Source: a virus
Lineage: Duplodnaviria > Caudoviricetes
DNA length: 64,000 bases
Strand: one strand, 5' to 3'
Virus record (IMG/VR): IMGVR_UViG_3300020112_000604
Span: 96,001 to 160,000 of that record
The notes beneath the pieces are model-generated. The model saw nothing but the letters and a program-made list of their open reading frames with translations, was not told the origin of the DNA and ran no database searches. The position numbers and the translations under genes were made by a program. The number at the start of each line of letters is the position of its first letter. The first letter of the stretch is position 1. Positions 7,252 to 16,794 of the stretch are shown piece by piece.

Positions 7252-9465
7252 TTAGAATGATACCATGTTTGAATAGTTTACTTCTGTTCTGAGCTGTCTC
7301 TTAAGTCCGATATCATCACACGGGAATGCTTTCATGTTGTCGTTGATGATTTGTGTGTAGTTGATGAATGGAATGCACCAATCCGGAACCACTGAACCTG
7401 ATGGAATACCGATATAAGATATCTCGATATCCTTAGGTTTATATTTTGTATTTGGATTCTTCTTCTCTTTCTGACGTCTGAGTTCCTGCAGATACATCTT
7501 CATATTGTTATATACTTCTGGGAATGTATCCTTGATGTCATCTACGTTTTCTTCGTTGATTATAGTATTAACAAGAAGAATTGTATTACGTTCTGTAAGG
7601 TCGAGAGCTTCATCTGTTGAACGTCTTACAGTATTATACGCATAAGCCGCTCTGAATGTGTACGGAATCTCCTTTGTATAAGAACGCATTGACTTAATTC
7701 TTGCAGGTCTGTAGTAATAAGTATCACCTGAATGCAGTGTGTTATAGATTTCCTTTTCAAGAATACTTAACTTCTCAACGACTCTGAAGATATCCACATC
7801 TTCTGAGTTAAGGATATCAGAATACAGAATAGATTTAACCTTATCCTTAGTTCTCTGACATGTACATGCTTTAGTGATCATCATACCCTTGATATCAAGA
7901 CATGCATTCTCCGGAACAAGACATTCTTCCTGTCTTTCCTGTACTGTTGCATATGTCTTCGAAGTTGTCTTGATAAGTGACTTCTTAAGAGCAAACTCAT
8001 TCTTGAGAATGATAATGCAATCGGAGTCAAGTTTCTTGTTTGTCTTGTTGAAATCACCATCTACAGTATTGAACTGAGCACAATACATCTTCATGTACTC
8101 TTTCTGAATACGATAGATGATATTTGACATGATGTTTGTGATTGTAATCTTTACGCCTCTGTCGGCACAAATCTTATCAGGACGGATTGTTGTATGACGT
8201 TCGATGATTTCGTCTCTATCATAGTCGAATCCTACATTATCAGGGAAGAAGTCCTTTGCATGTGTTGGGTCAAATATATTCTCAGGGAATGCCTCTTCTT
8301 CAGCCTCTTCAGTTTCACCAGTTTCAACGTCAGTCTGAATATGACGTAACGGCATATCCATATCACCAACCATTTTGTTGATGTATCTGTACCAACCCTC
8401 AAGTGATACGAATGTAGAGTCTGTATCTGTTAAGATACTAATGTCTCTAATCATTGATCTACTTCTGTCAGTTGCATCCTGAATGATATATGGATGATAT
8501 ACGTATTCGTGAAGTAAGTTGTAGAACGCATCCATTTCTTCAGATACTTCTTTCGGTATACCGTTTGGATCCATGTATACGGCACTAAACTTACCCATGA
8601 GATTTCTTATCATATTTGTCACATACTTATTGTCACAGAAGTAATACAGATTGTTTCTATAATACAGTCTGTTCCAATCCTGCTGTGATAACTGACCAAG
8701 AATTCTTCTTAAGAGTTTGATATGCTTCTCTGTCGGAATATAGTTGAAACCACATGAAGCTACAAGCTTTGCTAAGCAAAGGTCTAAATCGATATCTTCG
8801 TCTAAGATAAGACTGTCATCATAAGTTCTCTTCTCTGTGCATACATGATGAATGAATGTAACAACCTCATTGAAGTTTTCAAACTTAACGTTGTTCGATA
8901 AGAACTCTTCAACCATCATGATTGCTGATGAAATAAGAGAACGTCCCTGGCCTGTGATTGATGTCGCCATGTAATAGCAGAAGAAGATTGATGTCTCCTT
9001 ACCTGATGCGCCATACATGGCGTTAGCACATATCTTTTCGATACTCTGGAATAGATTGTACTTAGCGAATTCGGATGAACCCTTTGGAAATGCTTTCATC
9101 ATATTCTTATAGTTTTCACGGTTCATGATGAAACCATCTATAAGGTCATAGAATGGATTTGGTACATCACCATGATGCTGAAAGATTGTGCCTGCTGCTG
9201 TAAAGATAGGCTTTCTACTAATAATGTAATTGGCCATCTTTAAAGCTGTTGTCTGTGTAGTTGTGTGAGTATAACTGTTATCCAGTTCTGCTTCTCTATC
9301 TCTAAAGTGTTTTGAAATAGAATCGTCGATTGCAAATAATAAATCGTCCCGAGTATAACCCGGTAACACTCTGTGAAGACAATCATACATCTGTTTCTTG
9401 TATTCAGTGATAGCTTCACTACTTAATATACTATTCATTTCGATTGCCGTGTACTTGTTGTTCAT
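7252..9465 (-). CDS. polB: family B DNA polymerase, catalytic portion (jumbo-phage type)
   Basis: Motif B EKICANAMYG, TGQGR, motif C TDTDS, LKNEF, KTYA, IKG; no recognisable exonuclease domain or DxxSLYP motif A. Confidence 0.85.
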   Translation of the reverse strand: MNNKYTAIEMNSILSSEAITEYKKQMYDCLHRVLPGYTRDDLLFAIDDSISKHFRDREAELDNSYTHTTTQTTALKMANYIISRKPIFTAAGTIFQHHGDVPNPFYDLIDGFIMNRENYKNMMKAFPKGSSEFAKYNLFQSIEKICANAMYGASGKETSIFFCYYMATSITGQGRSLISSAIMMVEEFLSNNVKFENFNEVVTFIHHVCTEKRTYDDSLILDEDIDLDLCLAKLVASCGFNYIPTEKHIKLLRRILGQLSQQDWNRLYYRNNLYYFCDNKYVTNMIRNLMGKFSAVYMDPNGIPKEVSEEMDAFYNLLHEYVYHPYIIQDATDRSRSMIRDISILTDTDSTFVSLEGWYRYINKMVGDMDMPLRHIQTDVETGETEEAEEEAFPENIFDPTHAKDFFPDNVGFDYDRDEIIERHTTIRPDKICADRGVKITITNIMSNIIYRIQKEYMKMYCAQFNTVDGDFNKTNKKLDSDCIIILKNEFALKKSLIKTTSKTYATVQERQEECLVPENACLDIKGMMITKACTCQRTKDKVKSILYSDILNSEDVDIFRVVEKLSILEKEIYNTLHSGDTYYYRPARIKSMRSYTKEIPYTFRAAYAYNTVRRSTDEALDLTERNTILLVNTIINEENVDDIKDTFPEVYNNMKMYLQELRRQKEKKNPNTKYKPKDIEISYIGIPSGSVVPDWCIPFINYTQIINDNMKAFPCDDIGLKRQLRTEVNYSNMVSF

Positions 9466-9606
9466 TACGAATCATCCTTTCTATACGATTAGCTTAAATC
9501 GGTTATTCGAAAGTTACGGTGAGCTTATTATTTAACATTGTATTAATATAGACCATTTACGGGTCTACAATAGTACTATTGTAATAATTCGAAGGAGGAA
9601 ACTACC

Positions 9607-10104
9607 ATGGGAATTTTTTCAGAATCAAGATCATTCATGGCTAACGGTCTTTCAGACGCAGACCAGGCAATGGGTGAAGAATTAACAATCGAAGAAGCTG
9701 CTCACGTAGCAGAATATCTTTTCAATCAGCAGCTCGAAGAAGACCTTTCAACACTTACAGAGGAACAGCAGAAAGCAATCCTCGAATCAGAAGAGTACGA
9801 ACTCCTCTGTGAAACAAAGCACTTCAAGAAGAAGACAATCGTTAAGCTCAACAAGAACGATGACCTCTCAAGAAGAACATCACAGGCTGCTATCGTAATC
9901 GCAGGTGAAAAGAACGACCCTCTCTTTAAGAAGCTTGCTCTTAACAGAATGCAGGAGAAGAAGCTTCTCAAGGCTATCAAGATGAAGTACAAGACTCAGG
10001 CTATAAAGGCTGCTAAGGAGTCACAGAGAGACTACGTAAAGGATGTAAACAAGTCAAAGATGATGACTGTTGCAGACCTCAACAACAGAAACAAAGACGA
10101 ATAA
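9607..10104 (+). CDS. putative head-associated late protein
   Basis: Late promoter at 9534-9546; acidic N-half with ILE/S-type sites, basic C-half. Confidence 0.6.
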   Translation: MGIFSESRSFMANGLSDADQAMGEELTIEEAAHVAEYLFNQQLEEDLSTLTEEQQKAILESEEYELLCETKHFKKKTIVKLNKNDDLSRRTSQAAIVIAGEKNDPLFKKLALNRMQEKKLLKAIKMKYKTQAIKAAKESQRDYVKDVNKSKMMTVADLNNRNKDE

Positions 10105-10259
10105 TAGCACTGGAGATAGGATTATGTCCTATCTCCAAGCTTTTGTCTTTTATACTTTGTAATATTTACCCTATCACATGTCACAATATTTGACATTGTG
10201 TATACTTTTGTTAAGAACAAGGGGTCTTTGTCGTAAAAGTAATAAACTACAACTCATAT

Positions 10260-10560
10260 AACATTTTCGTAATTTATACGAAAATAAGACCTAGACTTAG
10301 TCTAAGTATGACTATGCCTTAGCATAAGTCATACTAAGCTAACTAGTCTAGACCATTTTCCGTATAAACGAAAATCATCCCTATTAACGAAATAAACGCT
10401 TATCCAGTCCTGAGTCAGGACTGGATCTTTTCTTGCGTTTGTAGATAAAGAAGAAGACTGGAGCCAAGGCTTTCTAGGATGAGTTTCAACGAATAGGACT
10501 ACGCTAAGGCTACGTCCTATTCTAGGGACAGACCTTTATACCTGACGTATAATGATCTCC
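10260..10560 (+). other. non-coding structured region: late promoter, ~110-nt imperfect palindrome and further hairpins (ncRNA or origin-like)
   Basis: AACA-N6-TAA at 10260-10272; nested inverted repeat 10263-10375; hairpins at 10402-10426 and 10492-10521; no ORF in the track. Confidence 0.5.
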
Positions 10561-10619
10561 AATTGGTATATAGATACAATCAATTTAACCTACTTATAAT
10601 AAGTCAATAGAAAGGAGAG

Positions 10620-10832
10620 ATGTTTATGAATGGAAGATGTGATATCATAGACGTTGTAGAATATATGAACTACGACTGTCATAACCTAAACTGTTTCAAA
10701 TGTAAGTATTGTTGGTTTGTATCCAGAAGAATGGAAGGACCACTATACAACGTAAAAGATGCGATAGATCCATTTGCGATGATCTATTCAGAAGGAGAAG
10801 TTGTTGACACATCTACGTCAGCAACACATTAA
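10620..10832 (+). CDS. small Cys-rich protein
   Basis: AAAGGAG RBS; CHNLNCFKCKYC. Confidence 0.6.
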   Translation: MFMNGRCDIIDVVEYMNYDCHNLNCFKCKYCWFVSRRMEGPLYNVKDAIDPFAMIYSEGEVVDTSTSATH

Positions 10833-10862
10833 ACACTTTAACAATGAAAGGAAGATCAAGTT

Positions 10863-11579
10863 ATGAAGAAGAAGATTATAGCAGTAGAAGGATTAGACGG
10901 TGTGGGTAAGTTAAAATACTCAAGAACTATAGCTGCATCATGTGCAAACCGCGGTACAACTTGGGTTAAGTTTCCTAGACCAAACTCATATGCTCATCAG
11001 TACATCAAAGAAACCAAACCTAAGGATGTAAATCCAGATTTTCTTATGGAAACGATTATGACAGACATATTAATATATGTCAGGGACTTCACATACAGAC
11101 AGGAAACCATAGGCACACTGGTGTGTAACAGATTTCTCTTCTCCAACTTCTTATATACGTTATCAGGGGTAAGAGAAAATTCAGAAAATGCAATAGATGG
11201 CTGTTCACTGGAGAAGTATAAACAGATGCTTGCAACAACGTGGAAAAAGCTGGTTCCTGAGTTATCTGAAGAAAGCGACATTGACAAAATAATCAATCAT
11301 TTCTTTTCTCAGTTTACTCTGGAAACGCATTTACTTGAAATGCCGGGCACAACAAGATATGCGGTGCTGCTGAATAGATCCAGAGATAGTAAGGAACAGG
11401 ACTTCATCAATACACCAGATTATCAGGACAGACTTGACACCAGATATGACAGACTTCTTAAAGATGAAGAAGTTTGCGAGTTCTTCGGCATAGCCAACGT
11501 TGTTGGTGATTTTGATACTACCAGATATAGTTCATCAGACCCATACTGGATAGCAATTAAAACTCGTAAAGAACCGTAA
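10863..11579 (+). CDS. thymidylate kinase-like dNMP kinase
   Basis: P-loop IAVEGLDGVGK, KFPR, and CNRF at the DRY/F position. Confidence 0.75.
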   Translation: MKKKIIAVEGLDGVGKLKYSRTIAASCANRGTTWVKFPRPNSYAHQYIKETKPKDVNPDFLMETIMTDILIYVRDFTYRQETIGTLVCNRFLFSNFLYTLSGVRENSENAIDGCSLEKYKQMLATTWKKLVPELSEESDIDKIINHFFSQFTLETHLLEMPGTTRYAVLLNRSRDSKEQDFINTPDYQDRLDTRYDRLLKDEEVCEFFGIANVVGDFDTTRYSSSDPYWIAIKTRKEP

Positions 11580-11649
11580 TAATGTACTTTAACGGCTCAC
11601 CTGAATAGGGTGAGCCGAACTTTATATTAATCAGAAAGGAGGAATTAAC

Positions 11650-12381
11650 ATGACTGAAAACATGATTCAGTTGAGGGAAAACAAATTTCCTGATATAGAA
11701 ACCATAAATTATGGAGGAAACCCTACAATCGTTTCACCTAATGCAGACCATTGGATATCTCTTAGACAGACTCAGGAAACGCTGTGCGATGTTGATACAT
11801 ATACAGCATTGATTAAGTCTGCCGTATCACTATTCAGAGGTTCTAAATTCTATAAAGCATATAAAGCACATCTTGCTGACCTCGGGTTAAACCGTTGTCA
11901 ATATCTTTCTAATCTTCCAACCGCGGGACCTGATGATAAGGCTCCGCCAATTACAATCGAAATGAATCATGTCATACTTACAATATTTGACATAGCATTG
12001 ATAATTGCTGAACACACACTCAGGACATATGGTTCTATTAGCACCTGTGAATTGGTAATGCTGATTGAACAGGAACACGCTGAACACAGAATACCAATAG
12101 TAATGATGAGTAAGTCTGTTCACGAAGCTTATCATTCAGATCCGATGTTTTTCGTGCATCCGAACTTAGTATTTGGTAAGTGGTGGGAATTCCTCCAAAG
12201 ATATCAGTTAGGTATCATGCCAGATACTGCTGCTAAGATAAAATACTATATAGATAAAGCTGAAGAAATGAACCATTCAACTGACAATGGATTACTTCAG
12301 ATTGCCGATAACGTAATTGACTGGGGGAATAAGAATGCTGGATATATTAATCTTGACGATAGTTTTTACTCTAATTTCTAG
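11650..12381 (+). CDS. conserved jumbo-phage protein with HNH-like His motifs
   Basis: IEMNH..EH..SVHEAYH; late promoter at 11618-11630. Confidence 0.5.
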   Translation: MTENMIQLRENKFPDIETINYGGNPTIVSPNADHWISLRQTQETLCDVDTYTALIKSAVSLFRGSKFYKAYKAHLADLGLNRCQYLSNLPTAGPDDKAPPITIEMNHVILTIFDIALIIAEHTLRTYGSISTCELVMLIEQEHAEHRIPIVMMSKSVHEAYHSDPMFFVHPNLVFGKWWEFLQRYQLGIMPDTAAKIKYYIDKAEEMNHSTDNGLLQIADNVIDWGNKNAGYINLDDSFYSNF

Positions 12382-12748
12382 TTGTGCCTTATCATGGTTC
12401 ATTGCTGTGAACAAGGTTAGACTCGATAGAGATAAATACAATCTTGACAAATACGATTTGAATATCAATACTGATATAAAGATGGGACAACTCGATGAGT
12501 TCCTCGAATCTATAATGAACGAATACATTGCTACACATATCAGCCCGAATGAATACATTGACAATCCATCAATGAAACTCATCATGCGTGAATGTGTATC
12601 TATAATTGAAAAGAGAATGACTCAGGCTCTTAGAGATCAGATGAGCGTGTTCTACAATGAATCTGAACTGAATGATATCATTGTAAACAAAGTATTCATC
12701 TACATATCATCATTTGTCAGGGAGAAGAACGCTAATACACTGATTTAG
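12335..12748 (+). CDS. membrane-anchored protein
   Basis: Likely start MLDIL at 12335; N-terminal hydrophobic helix. Confidence 0.6.
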   Translation: MLDILILTIVFTLISSCALSWFIAVNKVRLDRDKYNLDKYDLNINTDIKMGQLDEFLESIMNEYIATHISPNEYIDNPSMKLIMRECVSIIEKRMTQALRDQMSVFYNESELNDIIVNKVFIYISSFVREKNANTLI

Positions 12749-12766
12749 TAGCCAAGGAGGTGCATC

Positions 12767-15115
12767 ATGGATCAGCCAAAAATGCAATATTCGGATAATC
12801 CATATATTGATGCCATCGTGTACTATACGAAATATTTGATTACAAACTCCGTCTTGAAAGATGAGGTCGAAGCGGATAACAACGAAACGTTGTTATCCAT
12901 CAAACGTGGCGGAGAATATGTACGAAAGATAAAGTATGACCACGAAGACGATCCGGATTATATCGAAATTAACCCATATTACTCCACGTTGTGGGGTCAG
13001 CCGACTGTACCTACTATTGCCGAGATACAGGCTGTGTTTGCACATGTTCAGGATACAATGGATTTAGACTCAATAGATCCTACTATATATGCCGACATGT
13101 ACTATATTTCAATGAATCAATACGAGTTCATGATTCCGTCCGGAGTAGAGCTCGATTTGAAGAATAAGTTCTTGCATACTCTTACCGAAACCGAAGTTAT
13201 GATGTGTGAATCCTGTGGAATTATGGATGCTGTACGTAATGATTACGGTTCCGATCCTCACTACAAGTATATTGAATTCGTTGGTCATAAGATTGACCCG
13301 GTAATATCAAGAACTGCAAGCAAATTTCAGTTATTATATGTGCCACCGTTACCAGACGATGACTATAACGACTTGAAATCTAAGTTTGAGATTATATTTG
13401 AAAAGAACAAGAGATACGTTATGAGTGCTATATACAGTGATGCTATGGCATTCCAGAACGTGTACTACGATAAGTTCATAATTATTCTTCTTAAAGTCAT
13501 GACTATGATGGACATGGTCAATGACGTATTTGACTATCTGATTCATAAGGATGTCTTCGATTCAAGAACCATACGTTATCTGTTTGAATCATATGGTGTT
13601 GAATACTATTCTGAGATTCCAACAAAGTATCAGATAGCAATGATTAAGAATATGAACACTCTTCTCAAATACAAGTCAACTAACCGAAATATCGTAGACA
13701 TATGCAATCTGTTCGGATTCCCGAATGTAACAGTATTCAAATACTATCTTCTTAAGGTTCATGACCCTGAGAGCGGGTATAAATTCAATGCCGACGGAAC
13801 AGAAGACTTCTCTGAAGGATATGACCTCGAATTCGTCAAAGTACCGATTGATGGTAAACTTGATGACTATATCAACAATCCTGACTATAGAGAACCGTAT
13901 GACGACATTGCCGGAAATGACCCATTCTGGATTGCAATCAATAACAACCAGACTGACGTATTCAAGAATGCTGACGTTAATGCTCTCAAGTATGACGTTC
14001 GCCAGCAGATTATCAATACTGACTTTACTTGTGAAGAAACTAAGTATTTCTCTATTGATAGTACAGAAGACGTGGCGGCATCGTCTATCGACTTGTGCTA
14101 CTTCTACAACATGATTTACGATGGCATCATAGAAGATTTCACAATAAAGCTTCCTGATAGCATATCTGTAACACCAGTTCCGGTAGGTCAGGTATTTGCA
14201 TATATGACAGCATTAGGATATGTCTATAACGGCGTGGAAGATGACATCATTGCTGCAGACATGGAGAAGAATCTGTATATTCATGGATTCAACTTCGACT
14301 ATACGGATATTGATGCTCTTCTTATTCAGATACGTCGTGAACACACCACAATACGTGATAACTTTGATAGTCTTGATACCGGCGGTAATATGGCTATTGT
14401 CGATAACTTTGAATGGCCACCAACTGGATCATCCGGAATAGAATACACTTACGAGATATTCGAAAGAGTATTTCTCAAGGACAGAGAATTCCACGACAAG
14501 CTTCGTGAAGCCATGAAAGAGACTGATAACTATCATGTGTACTCAGGTTATGAGAAAGTGTACGACACTCTTATGACCACAAAGAATACTCTGAAGTACT
14601 TCACAAAGTTATACTTTGCTGAAGACCCAACCGCCGAATGGGATTGCTCAATCACATATACTAAGTGGTTTGACAGAGTAAACTACTCATTAGCAAAATC
14701 AATAGCCGATTGCAAGGCTATAACTAATACAGAAAAACGTACAGCCACAATATCGAATATCTTCGATGAATGTGTGTACGCTCTCAAGGATGTATTCACC
14801 AATGAACGTTTCGCAAACATATACAATGTGTTGCCGACAAAGAGTGCAGACTTCCTCATCAGCTGTATCGTTAAAGTAATTAACTTCTTCAAGTCATATA
14901 AGGCTCAGTTCATTTCATCCAGTTCAATGTTTATACTCAAAGATGATGACCAGGAAACCGGATTCCTTGAAGATACTGCTGAGAGATTTACCCTTGTATT
15001 GCCACAAACGATGTCTTTCCTTGAAGATATGGGTATAACGTACAAGGATGCAATATATGAAAAAGAGACTCTCGGTGCTCTCGAAAAAGTGTATGTTAAG
15101 GAGACAACTAATTAA
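12767..15115 (+). CDS. large virion structural protein (baseplate-wedge-like)
   Basis: 782 aa in a late operon; LLKYKSTNRNIVDICNLFG resembles the KGT-type wedge motif. Confidence 0.5.
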   Translation: MDQPKMQYSDNPYIDAIVYYTKYLITNSVLKDEVEADNNETLLSIKRGGEYVRKIKYDHEDDPDYIEINPYYSTLWGQPTVPTIAEIQAVFAHVQDTMDLDSIDPTIYADMYYISMNQYEFMIPSGVELDLKNKFLHTLTETEVMMCESCGIMDAVRNDYGSDPHYKYIEFVGHKIDPVISRTASKFQLLYVPPLPDDDYNDLKSKFEIIFEKNKRYVMSAIYSDAMAFQNVYYDKFIIILLKVMTMMDMVNDVFDYLIHKDVFDSRTIRYLFESYGVEYYSEIPTKYQIAMIKNMNTLLKYKSTNRNIVDICNLFGFPNVTVFKYYLLKVHDPESGYKFNADGTEDFSEGYDLEFVKVPIDGKLDDYINNPDYREPYDDIAGNDPFWIAINNNQTDVFKNADVNALKYDVRQQIINTDFTCEETKYFSIDSTEDVAASSIDLCYFYNMIYDGIIEDFTIKLPDSISVTPVPVGQVFAYMTALGYVYNGVEDDIIAADMEKNLYIHGFNFDYTDIDALLIQIRREHTTIRDNFDSLDTGGNMAIVDNFEWPPTGSSGIEYTYEIFERVFLKDREFHDKLREAMKETDNYHVYSGYEKVYDTLMTTKNTLKYFTKLYFAEDPTAEWDCSITYTKWFDRVNYSLAKSIADCKAITNTEKRTATISNIFDECVYALKDVFTNERFANIYNVLPTKSADFLISCIVKVINFFKSYKAQFISSSSMFILKDDDQETGFLEDTAERFTLVLPQTMSFLEDMGITYKDAIYEKETLGALEKVYVKETTN

Positions 15116-15127
15116 GGAGGTACTACT

Positions 15128-16111
15128 ATGAATTTGAATATAAAAGATATTTCTACCGTTGAAGACTCTGTTCAGTCTAACGGTGATTATAAAGCTCACG
15201 GTCATGTACAGAAGACTCGAGTTATAATCCACGAAGTTCTTCCAAGCGGAAGAAAGATATTCAGAGAACTTGGTGAGAACAAGGTAATCGTATCAGGCTC
15301 TGAATTCCATGCAAGAAAAGACTTCAATTTCGGCACAGGTACTTGCTACACTGTAGGCAATAAGGATTCATCTGGCTTCTATAATAAGCTGCCAAATATT
15401 CCTACATACGATGACGAACTCGATGCTAAGTACACATCAACATTTCCTGCAGGTGCCACAGTATACACTGGTGGACAGATGTCAGCCGAAGAAGCTCGTA
15501 AGATATATCTGTTCGGTGTAGGTATCGATGGATGTGGAATCGAAGCATCAAGACGTTTCGTTGTTGCTAAGAACGACTGGATTAAGCCATACGGTCCTGC
15601 ACCGGATGCTCTTACTCCAGAAGGCACAGAAGTTTCTACATGTCTTATCCCATTCAGATGCGTTGATACTGAAACACCAAAGTCCCCTGCTGCTATGGTA
15701 AACTCACATTACCATGGTGCATATCAGGATACAGAAAACGGCAAGACACTTTACTTCTTCAAGGAATTCGATAACGCACCTGTACTCGATTGTACAGCCG
15801 GCGGAGTTCCGATATCTGCTATCACAGGCGGCAGTATCTGGAAGTATAAGACATCAGGTGCCATTGAATGTACTGTTAAGCTTACACTCTCTGTAACAGC
15901 TGAAGACGTCAAGGAGTGGTTTGCTCTGCATGGCGAAGAATCTACTTCTAAGATTAACACAATTTCACTTATCTCTGCGGTTCCATATCTTGATTCATCA
16001 GATAATCTTTGGTATAAGGACTACCGTCCGGTTACCAAGTACAACATGACAAACAAGCCGCTCTCAGATCCAAACTCTGGACTTGAAATCACATACATTC
16101 TGTACTATTAA
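15128..16111 (+). CDS. virion structural protein (baseplate/tail-collar-like)
   Basis: ENKVIVSG, LFGVGIDG, INTISL and terminal EITYILYY; last gene of the late operon. Confidence 0.5.
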   Translation: MNLNIKDISTVEDSVQSNGDYKAHGHVQKTRVIIHEVLPSGRKIFRELGENKVIVSGSEFHARKDFNFGTGTCYTVGNKDSSGFYNKLPNIPTYDDELDAKYTSTFPAGATVYTGGQMSAEEARKIYLFGVGIDGCGIEASRRFVVAKNDWIKPYGPAPDALTPEGTEVSTCLIPFRCVDTETPKSPAAMVNSHYHGAYQDTENGKTLYFFKEFDNAPVLDCTAGGVPISAITGGSIWKYKTSGAIECTVKLTLSVTAEDVKEWFALHGEESTSKINTISLISAVPYLDSSDNLWYKDYRPVTKYNMTNKPLSDPNSGLEITYILYY

Positions 16112-16117
16112 AATACA

Positions 16118-16153
16118 AACCGTAACTCCTAGTGAGTTACGGTTTTATTTTTT
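16118..16153 (+). terminator. intrinsic terminator
   Basis: AAACCGTAACTC-CTAGT-GAGTTACGGTTT followed by a T-run. Confidence 0.8.
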
Positions 16154-16700
16154 AACAATGCTATAACTATATAGTAAAAAATATGACATTAACTTTAATT
16201 ATAGATGATGTACCTCCCATGCCCTCATATCCAGGAGACATGACAATTCTCCTGGATGTGAAGGTCTACATCACATATAACTAAATAGTAATATAAAATA
16301 GATATTTTCACCATCTTAAAGAATTGAAGCATTCCTTTCTGGTTCTGTAATCGGAGCTGTGACACAAACCATAGCTCCGAATATCAGAATCCATCACTAA
16401 CGAATTTTTCAAACTTTAGGTTTTCATAATTTTTTCACTCTTTTCTTCTCTATGCTAGATGTGAAAGCTCATACATCAATGAGCTTTCCTTACCTAGCAT
16501 AACAACTAAAGACATTTTCAGAAGTAATCCTTTTCCTTCACTTCTTTCTTTTCTTTCCTTCCTCAGAGAGCTATGGCCTTCGGCTTTACATAAACTTGAA
16601 GGCTACTACCTCTGAATAACAAATGACATTTTCATCATTTCCTTTCTATAAAAATAAATTAGTAAACTGGCTCACCCTAATCGGGTGAGCCGATTTACTT
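16154..16700 (+). ncRNA. putative small-RNA array of five ~110-nt units (motif, anti-RBS tract, two-tier hairpin)
   Basis: Late promoter AACAATGCTATAA at 16154-16166; GACATTTTCA-like motifs at 16185, 16301, 16402, 16511 and 16625; hairpins at 16206-16273, 16340-16393, 16451-16501, 16563-16615 and 16661-16699; no ORF of 60 aa or more. Confidence 0.6.
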
Positions 16701-16754
16701 GCAACTTGTATGTAAGACATAATCCTGTGTCTTGGAGGACGGATGACATAAATA

Positions 16755-16781
16755 TCCCGTGACGAGCATATCGTCACGGGA
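16755..16781. terminator. terminator hairpin
   Basis: TCCCGTGACGA-GCATA-TCGTCACGGGA at the end of the RNAP gene and the array. Confidence 0.75.
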
Positions 16782-16794
16782 AGTATTTTGTCTT

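Noticed and set aside
16154-16700. CRISPR array or tRNA cluster
   Set aside because: There are no identical direct repeats longer than 10 nt, no cloverleaf or T-loop motifs, and no cas genes in the window.
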